This document shows positions 1-9,574 of a stretch of DNA of 64,000 bases, one piece after another. The notes beneath the pieces are model-generated. The model did not search any database, had not been told where the DNA came from, and saw nothing but the letters and a program-made list of their open reading frames with translations. Numbering within the stretch: position 1 is the stretch's first letter; each line of letters opens with the position of its first letter. The stretch spans positions 153,606 through 217,605 of IMG/VR virus record IMGVR_UViG_3300046543_000266, one strand, 5' to 3'. A program made the translations under genes and the position numbers.

Positions 1-1701
1 CGAGTTGGTGATGCTACCGGCATTGGCCTGATTGTTGACGGTCGAGCGGTTGCCTCCGACGTTAGCACTCGACGACGCGGTCACCGTAGTGTTGGCGTTG
101 ACGCTGGTAGTGTTGGAGTTGCCACCCTTGTTCGCATAGTAGCTCGGATTGCTCGTGGCGTTGGCTACGTCGCTCTTCACCACGTTCTCATCACCGAGCT
201 TGATGCCAAAGAAGTTGCCGATCTTCGACTGCCACGACTGATGCGCACCCGGATCTTTGGCTTCCGGTAGCTTGGCTCCAGGATGCTGGTCCTTCAAGCC
301 CGCGTCCATCTTTGCCAGTTCAGCCTGTACCTTCGGATCTTGTAAGCGCTGCGCGTTGGACTTGGTGAGCTTGGCACCACCGTGATCCTTGGCTGCGTCT
401 ACTTCAGGCTGCTCGATCTTCTTGTTGAGCCCGAGCTTCTCGAGAACCCAATCAATGATCGTCTTGCCCTGATCCTTCATGTACTCCCACGAAGAGACCG
501 CCATCTTCTTGATGTTATCCCATGTGAGGATCTTCTGAACCGTTTCCGCCAATCCAGTGAACAACTGCGGGTCCATGATCATGGCGGCCAACACACCACC
601 CAGACCCTTCAGCCATGAACTAGTGTCGTCCTTCTCCTTCTTGGACTTCTTGCCTGAAGACTTATCGCCGAACTCATTCTTCAGGGCGCGGGCGACGGCG
701 TTGGCATTCTCTTCAGCCTTATCCGACTCACCACTCTTGTGACCGTTCGGGTTAGCCAGGAAGTCCATCAGCTGTTTGTACAGCGACGTCTGGTCGTTAG
801 CCGCAGTGGTGATCGCAGCTTCCGTATTCGGAGACAGCGACACCACGTCTGCACCCTTGACGGTACTGCCCTGAGTAGCAGTGTTGCCCGTCGGCATATC
901 GATGACGTCGGCTGCCGGAGCACGATCACTTTCGCGATTGCCGCCAACCAACGACATCGCACGATTCAGCACCGAAGGCTGTTCTGCTAGGTGCCAGTCG
1001 TTGCTCTGATACGGGACCAGCGAGTTACCACCCGAAGGTCCCGACAGAAGCGGGGTATTGGCGTGATGTCCAATCTCGCCGTTCCCCATCGCAGTGCGTT
1101 CCCGCTTGATGGACGCCGCCAGATCGCGCAACGTGTGTTGAAACACGTCGGCAATGCTTTCCAGCAGATCCTTCTTGCGAGTAACCCATCGAGCGTCGTC
1201 GCGCGCCATCAGCTCGTCGACCATAATGTCCTGCGCAGTCAGAACATCATCCACACTTGCCGGATCTGCCTGTTTGCGCGGGGCCACCATGTTCTGGAAG
1301 TCCGTGAGCTTCGTGCCGATCACGCGCTCGATCTCTTCGGACTGTTCCAGGTTACTGAGCTCGACCACATCCTGGATCTGATGCAACAGATCAGGGAATG
1401 CGTCGGCAAGCGCCTTGTTCAGGGCTTGCTCGTAGGCCGTGAGTTGCGCGCCGCCACCGTCGTCAGCGCCGTGAAGCTTTTCATACTGTGCTTCGAACTT
1501 CTTGGCACTGACTTCGGCAGCGCTGATCGCCTGATCGAACACCTGCTTCGCCAGTCCACTCAACCCGTTGAGCGCGGTACTAACCGCCTTCACATCGGAT
1601 GCGCTGGCAACTCCCTTTGCGATGTTCTGCAACGAGAGGCCCGCCTTGTGTTCCAGCGAAGCCCACTTCTTTTTCTCTGCGTCACTACGAAAAGCGGCCA
1701 T
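1..1701 (-). CDS. Tape-measure-like / baseplate hub tail protein (5' part; runs off left edge)
   Basis: ATG at 1701 (MAAFRSDAEKKKW), open for 567 codons to base 1. Ala/Lys/Ser-rich helical composition. Lies directly after gp26/gp51-like genes. Absent from the ORF track because it is truncated. Confidence 0.55.
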   Translation of the reverse strand, partial: MAAFRSDAEKKKWASLEHKAGLSLQNIAKGVASASDVKAVSTALNGLSGLAKQVFDQAISAAEVSAKKFEAQYEKLHGADDGGGAQLTAYEQALNKALADAFPDLLHQIQDVVELSNLEQSEEIERVIGTKLTDFQNMVAPRKQADPASVDDVLTAQDIMVDELMARDDARWVTRKKDLLESIADVFQHTLRDLAASIKRERTAMGNGEIGHHANTPLLSGPSGGNSLVPYQSNDWHLAEQPSVLNRAMSLVGGNRESDRAPAADVIDMPTGNTATQGSTVKGADVVSLSPNTEAAITTAANDQTSLYKQLMDFLANPNGHKSGESDKAEENANAVARALKNEFGDKSSGKKSKKEKDDTSSWLKGLGGVLAAMIMDPQLFTGLAETVQKILTWDNIKKMAVSSWEYMKDQGKTIIDWVLEKLGLNKKIEQPEVDAAKDHGGAKLTKSNAQRLQDPKVQAELAKMDAGLKDQHPGAKLPEAKDPGAHQSWQSKIGNFFGIKLGDENVVKSDVANATSNPSYYANKGGNSNTTSVNANTTVTASSSANVGGNRSTVNNQANAGSITNS

Positions 1702-1706
1702 AGTAA

Positions 1707-1901
1707 TCAACCTGTGTAGATCATTCCATTGCGTGCAGCATCGATGCGCTCGTCACGACGTTTCTGAGCATACTCCGAATACTGCTGGAACCGATAAAGC
1801 GGCATTTCGTCAGATGGATCAAAACCGAATTCCGAAGCTATCAGAAAGTAGCGGTCCTTGACGTCAGCCGCGCTTGTCAGGGGAAAGAAACGAGAACGCA
1901 T
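1707..1901 (-). CDS. Small T4 gp51-like baseplate/tail assembly protein (64 aa)
   Basis: MRSRFFPLTSAADVKDRYFLIASEFGFDPSDEMPLYRFQQYSEYAQKRRDE. Size and position between a gp26-like gene and a TMP-like gene match gp51-type ORFs. The ORF-track extension to 2171 looks spurious. Confidence 0.45.
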   Translation of the reverse strand: MRSRFFPLTSAADVKDRYFLIASEFGFDPSDEMPLYRFQQYSEYAQKRRDERIDAARNGMIYTG

Positions 1902-3129
1902 CGAGGATGAGCTTACTCTTCCTCGATGCGCCACACCCCTTGCACGTAACAACGACTTCTTCATCAACACCGTAAGTGCCAATGGCCTGTTCATAGTCTT
2001 GCAGCAGCTGAACTTGGTCTGCGGTTGCTTCCCCGACGATATCCACGCGCACGGCCAGCGTGAGCAGGAGTTCCTGATGCTGGATATGCGACGCCATCTG
2101 AGCCAGATACGCAAACTCGGTACGGGTAGCCTTGTCCTGCATCTGCGGCGCATCCTGGAACTCGATGACATCGCGCATGGTAGGCGGGCGGAAGAACATC
2201 GCCGAGGTATCGCTGAAGTGGTAGTGTTCCGGATTCGGGATTTCTTCCAGCTCCTTAACTACCATCGTGGATTGACGAATGATCTCGGCAATCTGCAGCG
2301 AGTCTTCCGGCAGGACTTGCGACTGGATGAGGTCGAACTGCTCCTGGGACATTTCGCCAGCAGCGACCGCGGCAGCGTACTGTTCCAGCTTGTAGCCGTC
2401 CTCGACGCGCTTCATGTGCGCTTCGTTGTTACACGTCGTCTTGTGCGTGTAGTTCGACTTCGTGAAGCTATTCAGACGCAGCCAATACAGCACGAAGTAG
2501 AAGTCCGGCAGGGTCAGGTCGAATGCGACAGCCGAATGTCCAGGCGTGGTCGTCATCAGAATCGATGACACGGCTTCCACCAGCGGAAGCAGTGACTGTT
2601 CACGGTGCGCGCGTTGCAGCTTCGCCAGATGCTTGGCACGAAACGGCGAGGCGTACAGATCCTTGAAGTTGTAGAAGGCGAAGCGCGAAGGCAGTGCCAG
2701 CGACGTACCTTCCGGTTCAGCGATCGCGTTCGTGAATCCAGGCATTTCCACCGGAACCGTCGGCGCGCTCACTTGAGCTTGTCCAGCAGGGACGCCGTTG
2801 AACGACATTCCCATCGGATTGGGTTGCGGAGCCTGACGAGGAGCTTGCGGCTGATCGTCAAGCACCGGCTGCATCATCGGGCGACGTTGCAGCTGCGGCG
2901 CGTGTTGCGCTTGCGGGGCTGCCTGAGGTTGCGGCTGTGCCGTAGGTTGATGCGGCGTCTGACCTACCTTCGTCATCTGCTGAGGTGCCTGAGGATGTGC
3001 CTTGGGCGGCGTCATGAAGTGAGCAGTCGACGCAGAACGCGCATCGACCTTCTTCTGGATCGCTTCCTGCCGCTCACGTGGGAACTCCATCGTGGTGGTG
3101 GAATGGATCGTGGTGTTGTTACCACTCAT
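1864..3129 (-). CDS. T4 gp26-like baseplate hub / tail assembly chaperone
   Basis: Pro/Gln-rich N-terminus, FRPPTMRDVIEF motif, C-terminal CKGCG..LDAFSFL typical of gp26-like proteins. Confidence 0.55.
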   Translation of the reverse strand: MSGNNTTIHSTTTMEFPRERQEAIQKKVDARSASTAHFMTPPKAHPQAPQQMTKVGQTPHQPTAQPQPQAAPQAQHAPQLQRRPMMQPVLDDQPQAPRQAPQPNPMGMSFNGVPAGQAQVSAPTVPVEMPGFTNAIAEPEGTSLALPSRFAFYNFKDLYASPFRAKHLAKLQRAHREQSLLPLVEAVSSILMTTTPGHSAVAFDLTLPDFYFVLYWLRLNSFTKSNYTHKTTCNNEAHMKRVEDGYKLEQYAAAVAAGEMSQEQFDLIQSQVLPEDSLQIAEIIRQSTMVVKELEEIPNPEHYHFSDTSAMFFRPPTMRDVIEFQDAPQMQDKATRTEFAYLAQMASHIQHQELLLTLAVRVDIVGEATADQVQLLQDYEQAIGTYGVDEEVVVTCKGCGASRKSKLILDAFSFLSPDKRG

Positions 3130-3166
3130 CGTTTACTCCTAGGTTGGGAAGGGTATTGCTTTGTGT

Positions 3167-4366
3167 TTATATCGTCGGTTGATACAGCGACGACGAGCCG
3201 GGCAACGGCAGATTATTGGCAAGGAAGTCAGTAGCACTGGACAGCATATGCGAACCGCTGCTGATCAGATCACCGACGTTACCAACTCCACTACCGATTA
3301 GATTCGTCAGCGCGTTGCTACTAAGGTTGGACGCAATCGCCGAAGTGAGGTCCGGGTTGACATCCATGACATTGATGAACACGTCGCCAACACTGAACGT
3401 CACGTGGTTGACTAGGCGCTCGCTGCTGTTGCTACCCATCTGGTAGGTGTCTACCGAGATAGGCCAGCACTCGGTGTACTGCACGATGGCGATAACGCTC
3501 TTGGTGACATCCAGCAAGTAGATATAGATCGGCTTCTTGTAGTCAGACGGGCGACCCCATCCACCAGCGAGCTGTCCAGCAGTTGCCGCGCTGAATGGCG
3601 TGAGCACTGCGTTGTTCCAGGCTTGCAGGTACTTCAACGAAGTGTTGGAGCTGTCCGCGTAGACCGCCAGACGAAGCGTATCCACAGAATACTTATCCGG
3701 GTAGTTGCGGTCGCGACCTTCACGGAAGATGGCCTTCGACGCGAACTGGCGGAAAGGCATAGTAGCCTCTTCCACGAAGTACCACGGAAGTTGCGCTGCT
3801 TGGCTAGTGGACACAGCGCCGCCCATAGCCGAAGACAGAGCGCCACCGACACCGCTGAGTGCGCTGCTCGCAAGACTAGCCAGCACTCCAGCGCTCGCGC
3901 CAGATGCGGTCTGCGTCGTGCCGGGGCTGATGACTGGGAGCTGAGCGTACCATGTGAACGACATCAGCGGATCTGGACGTGCGGAGATACCAGCCAACGG
4001 ATTGCCGGGGTCTGCGCCACCGATGCTGCTCATAGCACTGAAAGTGCCAGGACTCTGCAGAGTTGCTGACGGGGCGAAGCCACCTAGGCCAGACAATGCT
4101 GAATCGAAAATCTTGGAGGGTGCGTTGAGTATGGAACCAACTGCACCGCTGACGTTGCCTGTGAGTAAGCTACCGACTGCACCTGTTACGGCGCCAATAC
4201 CGGTCTTAACCACATTATTTACTGTGCCGCTGACTGCGGAACTAGCGTTGTTCTTGACGTTGGTGACAGCGCCTTTGACGCCCTGCTTGAGCGCGTTGAC
4301 CTGCCCCTTCGTGTTCACGTGAATCTGTTGCTCGGCGTTGGATATTGCGTCGGAAAGAAAGCTCAT
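3167..4366 (-). CDS. Tail-tube-fold baseplate protein (gp54/gp48/gp19-like)
   Basis: VEEATMPFRQF...YLQAWNN...YKKPIYIYLLD...YTECWPISV...VTFSV pattern of tube-fold proteins. Start reassigned to ATG 4366 (MSFLSDAIS). Confidence 0.6.
   Translation of the reverse strand: MSFLSDAISNAEQQIHVNTKGQVNALKQGVKGAVTNVKNNASSAVSGTVNNVVKTGIGAVTGAVGSLLTGNVSGAVGSILNAPSKIFDSALSGLGGFAPSATLQSPGTFSAMSSIGGADPGNPLAGISARPDPLMSFTWYAQLPVISPGTTQTASGASAGVLASLASSALSGVGGALSSAMGGAVSTSQAAQLPWYFVEEATMPFRQFASKAIFREGRDRNYPDKYSVDTLRLAVYADSSNTSLKYLQAWNNAVLTPFSAATAGQLAGGWGRPSDYKKPIYIYLLDVTKSVIAIVQYTECWPISVDTYQMGSNSSERLVNHVTFSVGDVFINVMDVNPDLTSAIASNLSSNALTNLIGSGVGNVGDLISSGSHMLSSATDFLANNLPLPGSSSLYQPTI
4216..4223 (-). promoter_or_regulatory. 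AGTAAATA motif (intragenic copy)
   Basis: Exact copy of the recurrent motif, but inside a CDS. Confidence 0.3.
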
Positions 4367-4575
4367 GATTGGCACGCCCGTAAGGAGGCACCAAGAGTGG
4401 ATTAGCTGACGGTTGAACCTCAAGAGTCAGCTGAACTCTTGGGTAAAGAGGAAAAGAGGAAAAGAGGGGACGCGAGACTCGAACTCGTTTTGATCGTCCC
4501 CCAAACCACAATGCAGTGTGTCACCCTTCCCACAAGTTTGAACCCACTGCACGTCGTCGAGTATGCGATACTGAT
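4367..4575 (-). ncRNA. Structured leader / candidate small RNA with T-loop minihelix
   Basis: GGGGACG/CGTCCCC stem (4466-4501) enclosing CGAG-TTCGAGT-CTCG. Also TGCAGTG/CACTGCA and nested CCAAGAGT/ACTCTTGG + AGCTGAC/GTCAGCT stems. Lies downstream of an AATTTAA motif. Confidence 0.4.
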
Positions 4576-4579
4576 GCTA

Positions 4580-4586
4580 TTAAATT
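4580..4586 (-). promoter_or_regulatory. AATTTAA motif (class 2 putative promoter)
   Basis: Intergenic, upstream of baseplate/tail genes. Confidence 0.45.
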
Positions 4587-4605
4587 GGGGCTACTGGTGC
4601 CGTGC

Positions 4606-5301
4606 TTAGATCAGATGCACGTCATCGACAGTGAACGCCGGGAGGTCCGCAGTCTTCGTAGCGTTGCCAATCTGATCACGGAGCTTCTGGTATGCGGCAA
4701 GCAACGTCGCGTATTTGTCGTTGTACGCGTTCGACTTGGCGATGATCGAAGCCGCCAGATAGGAGACTTCGATACCGCGTGCGGTTGCCAGCGTGGACAA
4801 CAGATGCGAAGCGGGTTGTCCGTCGATGACTGCGTGTGCGTCGACGACTTGCTGCTTCCACGAGGCTTGCTCGGACTTCGTGTAACCTGACGACAGCGCG
4901 TAGACTGCTTCGTCGAAGTCCATGGCGGCACGCGCATACGCTGCAGACTGCTGACTGGCGATCGGTGCGTTGATCAGGTCAGCACCGACTTGCCACGCGT
5001 TGCCAGTCCAGTAAACTACCAGTCCGGTGCCGAGTACCATCGGCGGTTCCCACGGCGTGCTGTTGTCGGGTTGCGCTGCGTCGGCGTCGAGCTCGACACT
5101 GGTATCGTACACGGTCAGTGCGCCAACGCCCGAAGCCTTGAACAGATACCACGTTTTCTTGGCGGGCGCTGCCGGAGTTTCTTCGACAGTCGGAGCGGGT
5201 TCTTCAGCAGGAACGCCGGTCTGGATGTTGATGGTTGCATCCGGCTCGATCGTTTCAACCGTCGTCGGTTGTTCAGGAAGGGTGTCTTGAGTGTCGGACA
5301 T
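4606..5301 (-). CDS. Tail fibre assembly-like protein
   Basis: STPWEPP..VVYWTGNAWQV motif followed by YTKSEQASWKQQ..LLSTLATARGI helical domain seen in tail-fibre assembly proteins. Confidence 0.55.
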   Translation of the reverse strand: MSDTQDTLPEQPTTVETIEPDATINIQTGVPAEEPAPTVEETPAAPAKKTWYLFKASGVGALTVYDTSVELDADAAQPDNSTPWEPPMVLGTGLVVYWTGNAWQVGADLINAPIASQQSAAYARAAMDFDEAVYALSSGYTKSEQASWKQQVVDAHAVIDGQPASHLLSTLATARGIEVSYLAASIIAKSNAYNDKYATLLAAYQKLRDQIGNATKTADLPAFTVDDVHLI

Positions 5302-5305
5302 GTTG

Positions 5306-5794
5306 TTAAGACCAGATGAGTGTGAGTGCGGGGTCGACCGGGATGTAGCCGTTAGGAGCCGGCCGATCGAGCGAGATGGTATCCGGACACGGACGACCCT
5401 GCTCTGGCAGGTAATAGCCGTTGTCGTGAGCCTCGTCGGGAGCGATCATCTGCACGTTCTTCGTCGCAACGTACAGATCGCGCTGAACTTCCAGTGTCGT
5501 GCCTTCGGGAGCTACCGGCCAGTCCGCGTTCGTGCGGTACACCAACCATTCAGTGGTCAGCGTCGGGATCATCACACGACGCATACCAATGGCTTCCAGC
5601 AGTTGATCCGGTTTGTCGCTTTGACACACCAGAACAACCTCGTCGTACCGTTCCTTGCGCGCCACATCCATAAGCATGATGCAGTCACGCAGGAGTTGCG
5701 CTTCGACTTGCGGCGTGTACTCGTCGAAAAGCGCACCAAAATATTTACGCTTCGGTGCGGTCACTGGTTGATCGTTCGGGATATGCGTATCCAC
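5306..5794 (-). CDS. Hypothetical protein
   Basis: 162-aa ORF, tightly packed in operon. Confidence 0.7.
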   Translation of the reverse strand: MDTHIPNDQPVTAPKRKYFGALFDEYTPQVEAQLLRDCIMLMDVARKERYDEVVLVCQSDKPDQLLEAIGMRRVMIPTLTTEWLVYRTNADWPVAPEGTTLEVQRDLYVATKNVQMIAPDEAHDNGYYLPEQGRPCPDTISLDRPAPNGYIPVDPALTLIWS

Positions 5795-5795
5795 G

Positions 5796-6053
5796 TCAGA
5801 CTCCCTTAGCGAGCTTGTCGGCTTGCTGCTTGGTTAGGGTGTGAACCTTGGTAGGTTCACCCTTGAAGATAAGCCGGATGTCCGTGCCGTTGACGGAAGG
5901 GCGCACGCCGAAGCGCATACCCTTTTCAACGACTACCGTCTTGCCACGGAAATCCAACTTGACCGGACGAGCTCCCTTGTAAGAAAACCACTGATAGGCC
6001 GTTTCGGGCTTGATTGCGGCAGTAACAGGTTTGCTGATCAGGAATGAATACAT
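5796..6053 (-). CDS. Hypothetical protein
   Basis: 85-aa ORF between portal and next gene with 1-9 bp spacers. Confidence 0.65.
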   Translation of the reverse strand: MYSFLISKPVTAAIKPETAYQWFSYKGARPVKLDFRGKTVVVEKGMRFGVRPSVNGTDIRLIFKGEPTKVHTLTKQQADKLAKGV

Positions 6054-6062
6054 AGAGCATCC

Positions 6063-7967
6063 TTACATCGGGAGTGTTGTACGACCGAGCTTTTCTTTGT
6101 TGCGCTTCGCCAGTTCCAGGCGATAGTTCGGATCGCGGTCGGCTTTCGCTGCGATCTTGATGATCCGGCTGTTTGCTTCTGCCTTGGCACGCGGCTGGCT
6201 GATAGACGGGATGTGCTTGATCTTACCCGTCTTCGACAACGTCCAGCTGTCACCACTGTCGCCAAAGTCACGAGACAGCAACGGCTTCCGGTATCCACGT
6301 GAATGCGAAGCCGATTGTGTGGTCAGTTGACCAGCACTAGCACGTTCCAACAAGCGTGCGTGTTCCTGCTTGGCTTCTTCACGTGCGTCGACGCTACCAC
6401 CGAAGTCATCGTCGAACTCGTCAGTGCCGAAGTCGTCTTCACCTTCGTGGCTGGTGTCCTTGCCCGTGTACTTCTCGAGCTTCTTGCGGAGCTCGGCGTC
6501 TTCGTCCAAGTCACGCATCAGCGCATCCGGATCGATCTTCGCAGCAGCCATCCACATCTTCAGCGGGATAGGTACACCCTTGTCGGATGCTTGCTGAAGC
6601 AGTTCCGCCATGTTCTCTTCACCCTTCGCTTCCAACTCCTTATGCCAGTGAAGCTGCGGCATCTTCAGGTTGTTGCGATTGGTGCGGTTGAACAGGAAGT
6701 CAACAACACGGCCAGCCTCTGCGCGTTTGCTCGGATCCTTGTACAGATTGTTGGTAACGGCGACCAGCGGGAAGATCTTCGAGTAGAACACCCGTTCCGT
6801 CATGTCGGTACGGAAGCTGTTCATCGATTCCAGGAACGTGGAGTACGCCGACTCAGCCGAAGCGTAGCTGGCATCACCCGAAAGGAACGACTCCGAGATA
6901 CCGAGTGCCCGCAGCTTGTAGGCAACCAGAATGTCGGCCATGTCGGTCCACTTCCAGAAGTCACCACCAGGACGCAGATCGGTTGCTTGCACGGCGTTAC
7001 GTGTGGATACCCATCCGCCAAGCGGATCCATTTCCGCGCTCTGGAACTCCTGCACCAATGCGCCGAGCTCTTCGCCTGTCGGTGTCCACTGATCGTCACC
7101 TGCGGTCAAGTGGGTCATCGCGCGCTGACGACGTTGCGATTCAACCAACGTACCGCGGAACAGCGTCTTCTCGATGAGGTACATCGGGAGGATGCGGTGC
7201 AGGTACGAGGTGAAGGCCCGGTCCGTTGTCGAACGGCGCGGCACGAACAGCGTAGTCACCGGGTCTAGAGTGAATGCACCCGACTTCAGCATGTCAACGA
7301 ACTGCGACGGCATCTGCTGCAGATAGCGGCGTGCGTACTCCGAGGTATCGTTGAGGAACTGCTGCGTTGACTGTCCAACCCGCACGTTGATCGTGGGGTC
7401 GATGTTGAAGAACGGCGAAGGCATCACGCTGCAGGACAGTGCGTCGTGCAGCAGAGTGTCCATGAACACCTTAGCCTTCGGATCGAACACCAAGCTTCCG
7501 GCGAAGAAGCCGTCCACAAGGTGCGTTGTCGAGATCAACGGCATCATCTGCTGAACGTTGAGGCGCTCCAGCGTTTCATTGAACGGGCGCAGTTCCTTTT
7601 CTTCCAGACCCCGCAGTTCCCAGCTTGAGAACGGGAAGTGCGCCTGAATGTCCACTGCGCTACCTGCCGTGTTATCGAACAGGTAGATGTCCCGATACAT
7701 CAGGGCCAGCGTGGAGGTGTCGACCAGATGCGGATCCGCCGGGATCAGGCCAGTCATGTAATACTGGTAGTTCGATTGCCAGAAGCCGTTGACGGACATC
7801 GAGGCACCACCGGCACCGCTTCCACCACCGAACATCGACATGTTAGCGCTGACCTCTGACTTGCTGGCTTTACGCGAAGCGCGTGCGCTGATACCATTTC
7901 CCTGGGAAGGAGGGGCCATGTTGAAGTTCTTGCCGTTCACACCCAGAATCTTTTGTTTGGCGAACAT
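6063..7967 (-). CDS. Portal protein (T4 gp20-like, divergent)
   Basis: 634 aa. MYRDIY..DNTAGSAVD, FLSGDASYASAE and FYSKIFPLVA segments resemble large-phage portals. Near terminase. Confidence 0.7.
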   Translation of the reverse strand: MFAKQKILGVNGKNFNMAPPSQGNGISARASRKASKSEVSANMSMFGGGSGAGGASMSVNGFWQSNYQYYMTGLIPADPHLVDTSTLALMYRDIYLFDNTAGSAVDIQAHFPFSSWELRGLEEKELRPFNETLERLNVQQMMPLISTTHLVDGFFAGSLVFDPKAKVFMDTLLHDALSCSVMPSPFFNIDPTINVRVGQSTQQFLNDTSEYARRYLQQMPSQFVDMLKSGAFTLDPVTTLFVPRRSTTDRAFTSYLHRILPMYLIEKTLFRGTLVESQRRQRAMTHLTAGDDQWTPTGEELGALVQEFQSAEMDPLGGWVSTRNAVQATDLRPGGDFWKWTDMADILVAYKLRALGISESFLSGDASYASAESAYSTFLESMNSFRTDMTERVFYSKIFPLVAVTNNLYKDPSKRAEAGRVVDFLFNRTNRNNLKMPQLHWHKELEAKGEENMAELLQQASDKGVPIPLKMWMAAAKIDPDALMRDLDEDAELRKKLEKYTGKDTSHEGEDDFGTDEFDDDFGGSVDAREEAKQEHARLLERASAGQLTTQSASHSRGYRKPLLSRDFGDSGDSWTLSKTGKIKHIPSISQPRAKAEANSRIIKIAAKADRDPNYRLELAKRNKEKLGRTTLPM

Positions 7968-7976
7968 GTTGTTCCT

Positions 7977-8450
7977 TTATTTGGCCTTGCGATGTTTCGC
8001 AAACCGATTGAACTGCGCGTTGCGAAACGCCAGCCGGATTATCAGGTCGAGGTTGACTACGGCGTCGAGCTCACGGCGGAACGCGTACTTGGCAACCTTG
8101 GACTTCAGCAGATTACGACCCATTCGATCAGTAGCCCGGCTGACCAGCAACACACCGACTCCGCGTGGAATGTCGTCCTTCACCTTAGCGTACACGGCGG
8201 GCGACATGGCGAAGTAGAAGCGATTGCTCAACTCGACATAGTTGTGCCACTTCTTGTCTGCACGAAAATCGGCGACGCTCGACTTGACTTCTACGATAGT
8301 AACATCGCCGGAGAAGCTCAAGCACAGCAGGTCAGCACGGAAACGACCGCCTCGACACAAGCCCATCTCTTCGTTGACTGCCATGCGCTTCTTGACGAAG
8401 TATCGCGTGGCCGCAGTCTTGATCTCTGATGCAACCAGTGGTGTGCTCAT
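7977..8450 (-). CDS. MmcB-like PD-(D/E)xK nuclease
   Basis: RADLLCL...IVEVKSSVADFRADKKWHNY...FYFAM is the MmcB family signature. Confidence 0.75.
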   Translation of the reverse strand: MSTPLVASEIKTAATRYFVKKRMAVNEEMGLCRGGRFRADLLCLSFSGDVTIVEVKSSVADFRADKKWHNYVELSNRFYFAMSPAVYAKVKDDIPRGVGVLLVSRATDRMGRNLLKSKVAKYAFRRELDAVVNLDLIIRLAFRNAQFNRFAKHRKAK

Positions 8451-9292
8451 CGCTGCATCGCCTGAATGATTTCCGTCTTCATCTTGTCGTGCTGCTCTTG
8501 CATGACTGTACCAAGCCGAGTACGACTCTGCACCATGCGCTCCCGGAATTCCTTCATGTTGGATTCGGGCAGCCCCAAGGTCTTGGCGTCATCGGTGATA
8601 AGCGCTAGCTCCTTCATGATCGCCATACCGATGTCCAGCATACCCGGACGCAGCACCTTCTCGACCAGCATCATGCCGACGGCACCGCGGTCTTGCGTGG
8701 ACTGCAGGTCGATCATCAGCTCACGGATCGACTGGACCAAGCCGTTGAACGAGTGAACGCCGTAGCGGCCCTTCGACTCACGAATACCAGCTTCTACTTC
8801 CGAGATCAAGTCGATGGACGTTTGGATAAGCCGCTTGTTCAGCTGGGACAATGCGTTGTCCGCTTCACCAGCTTCCAGCATCTGTTGCAGTGCTTCTGCG
8901 TCATCACCGAGGATAGAGTTCAGACCCTTCTTGTTGAGGCGCGAAATACGACCCGGCTTCTGCGGTTCCAGCACCATGAGCTCAGTCCCCGGTTTATTCG
9001 GGGACGGGGCGGCTTTAGCTTTCTCAGCCTTGGGTGCCAGATGACGCTTGGCCTTCTTTGCTTTCGGAGGACGCGGCCGGAAGTCATTCTCGAAATCCGC
9101 GTCGTCCGGTTCATCTGTGTGGCGCGCCTTCTCAGGCTGTGCTGCCGACTTGTTCTTCCCCTTGCGCAACGGTTGCTCGTCGCCGTCTGCACCTTTCTTC
9201 TTGGATGGCTTTGGACTGGGGGACTGGGAAGGGTTGCTACCGGGACCCGAAATGTTGAACGAAAAGTCCCGTGTTTTAGTTTTCTTCAACAT
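8447..9292 (-). CDS. Hypothetical protein, possible terminase small subunit
   Basis: Basic disordered N-terminus plus helical core (SIRELMIDLQ). Position in the packaging module is the only functional clue. Confidence 0.35.
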   Translation of the reverse strand: MLKKTKTRDFSFNISGPGSNPSQSPSPKPSKKKGADGDEQPLRKGKNKSAAQPEKARHTDEPDDADFENDFRPRPPKAKKAKRHLAPKAEKAKAAPSPNKPGTELMVLEPQKPGRISRLNKKGLNSILGDDAEALQQMLEAGEADNALSQLNKRLIQTSIDLISEVEAGIRESKGRYGVHSFNGLVQSIRELMIDLQSTQDRGAVGMMLVEKVLRPGMLDIGMAIMKELALITDDAKTLGLPESNMKEFRERMVQSRTRLGTVMQEQHDKMKTEIIQAMQR

Positions 9293-9317
9293 CAGCTACT
9301 CCTTTCGTGCGTGCTGG

Positions 9318-9572
9318 TCACTCGCTGTCAGCAACCGGAAGGGCGATACGGTGGTCTTCGCACACGAGAACCGGAATGCCGTTGGCGTGGCTGGCAGTCA
9401 TCGGTTGACGGCATTCGGGACACAGACCCTTGCCTGCGACTTCGGCGCTCATGTCGATGCGCGCAGTCAGCTTCTTCTGGGTGGTAGCGGCAGCCGCGCC
9501 AATCTTCTTCGCGACCGCTTCGCTTTTGGTGGACGATGCTTCGAGATACGCTTTCGGGAATTGCATTGCCAT
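9318..9572 (-). CDS. Small Zn-ribbon protein
   Basis: CPECRQPM...VLVCEDH. Confidence 0.6.
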   Translation of the reverse strand: MAMQFPKAYLEASSTKSEAVAKKIGAAAATTQKKLTARIDMSAEVAGKGLCPECRQPMTASHANGIPVLVCEDHRIALPVADSE

Positions 9573-9574
9573 GA

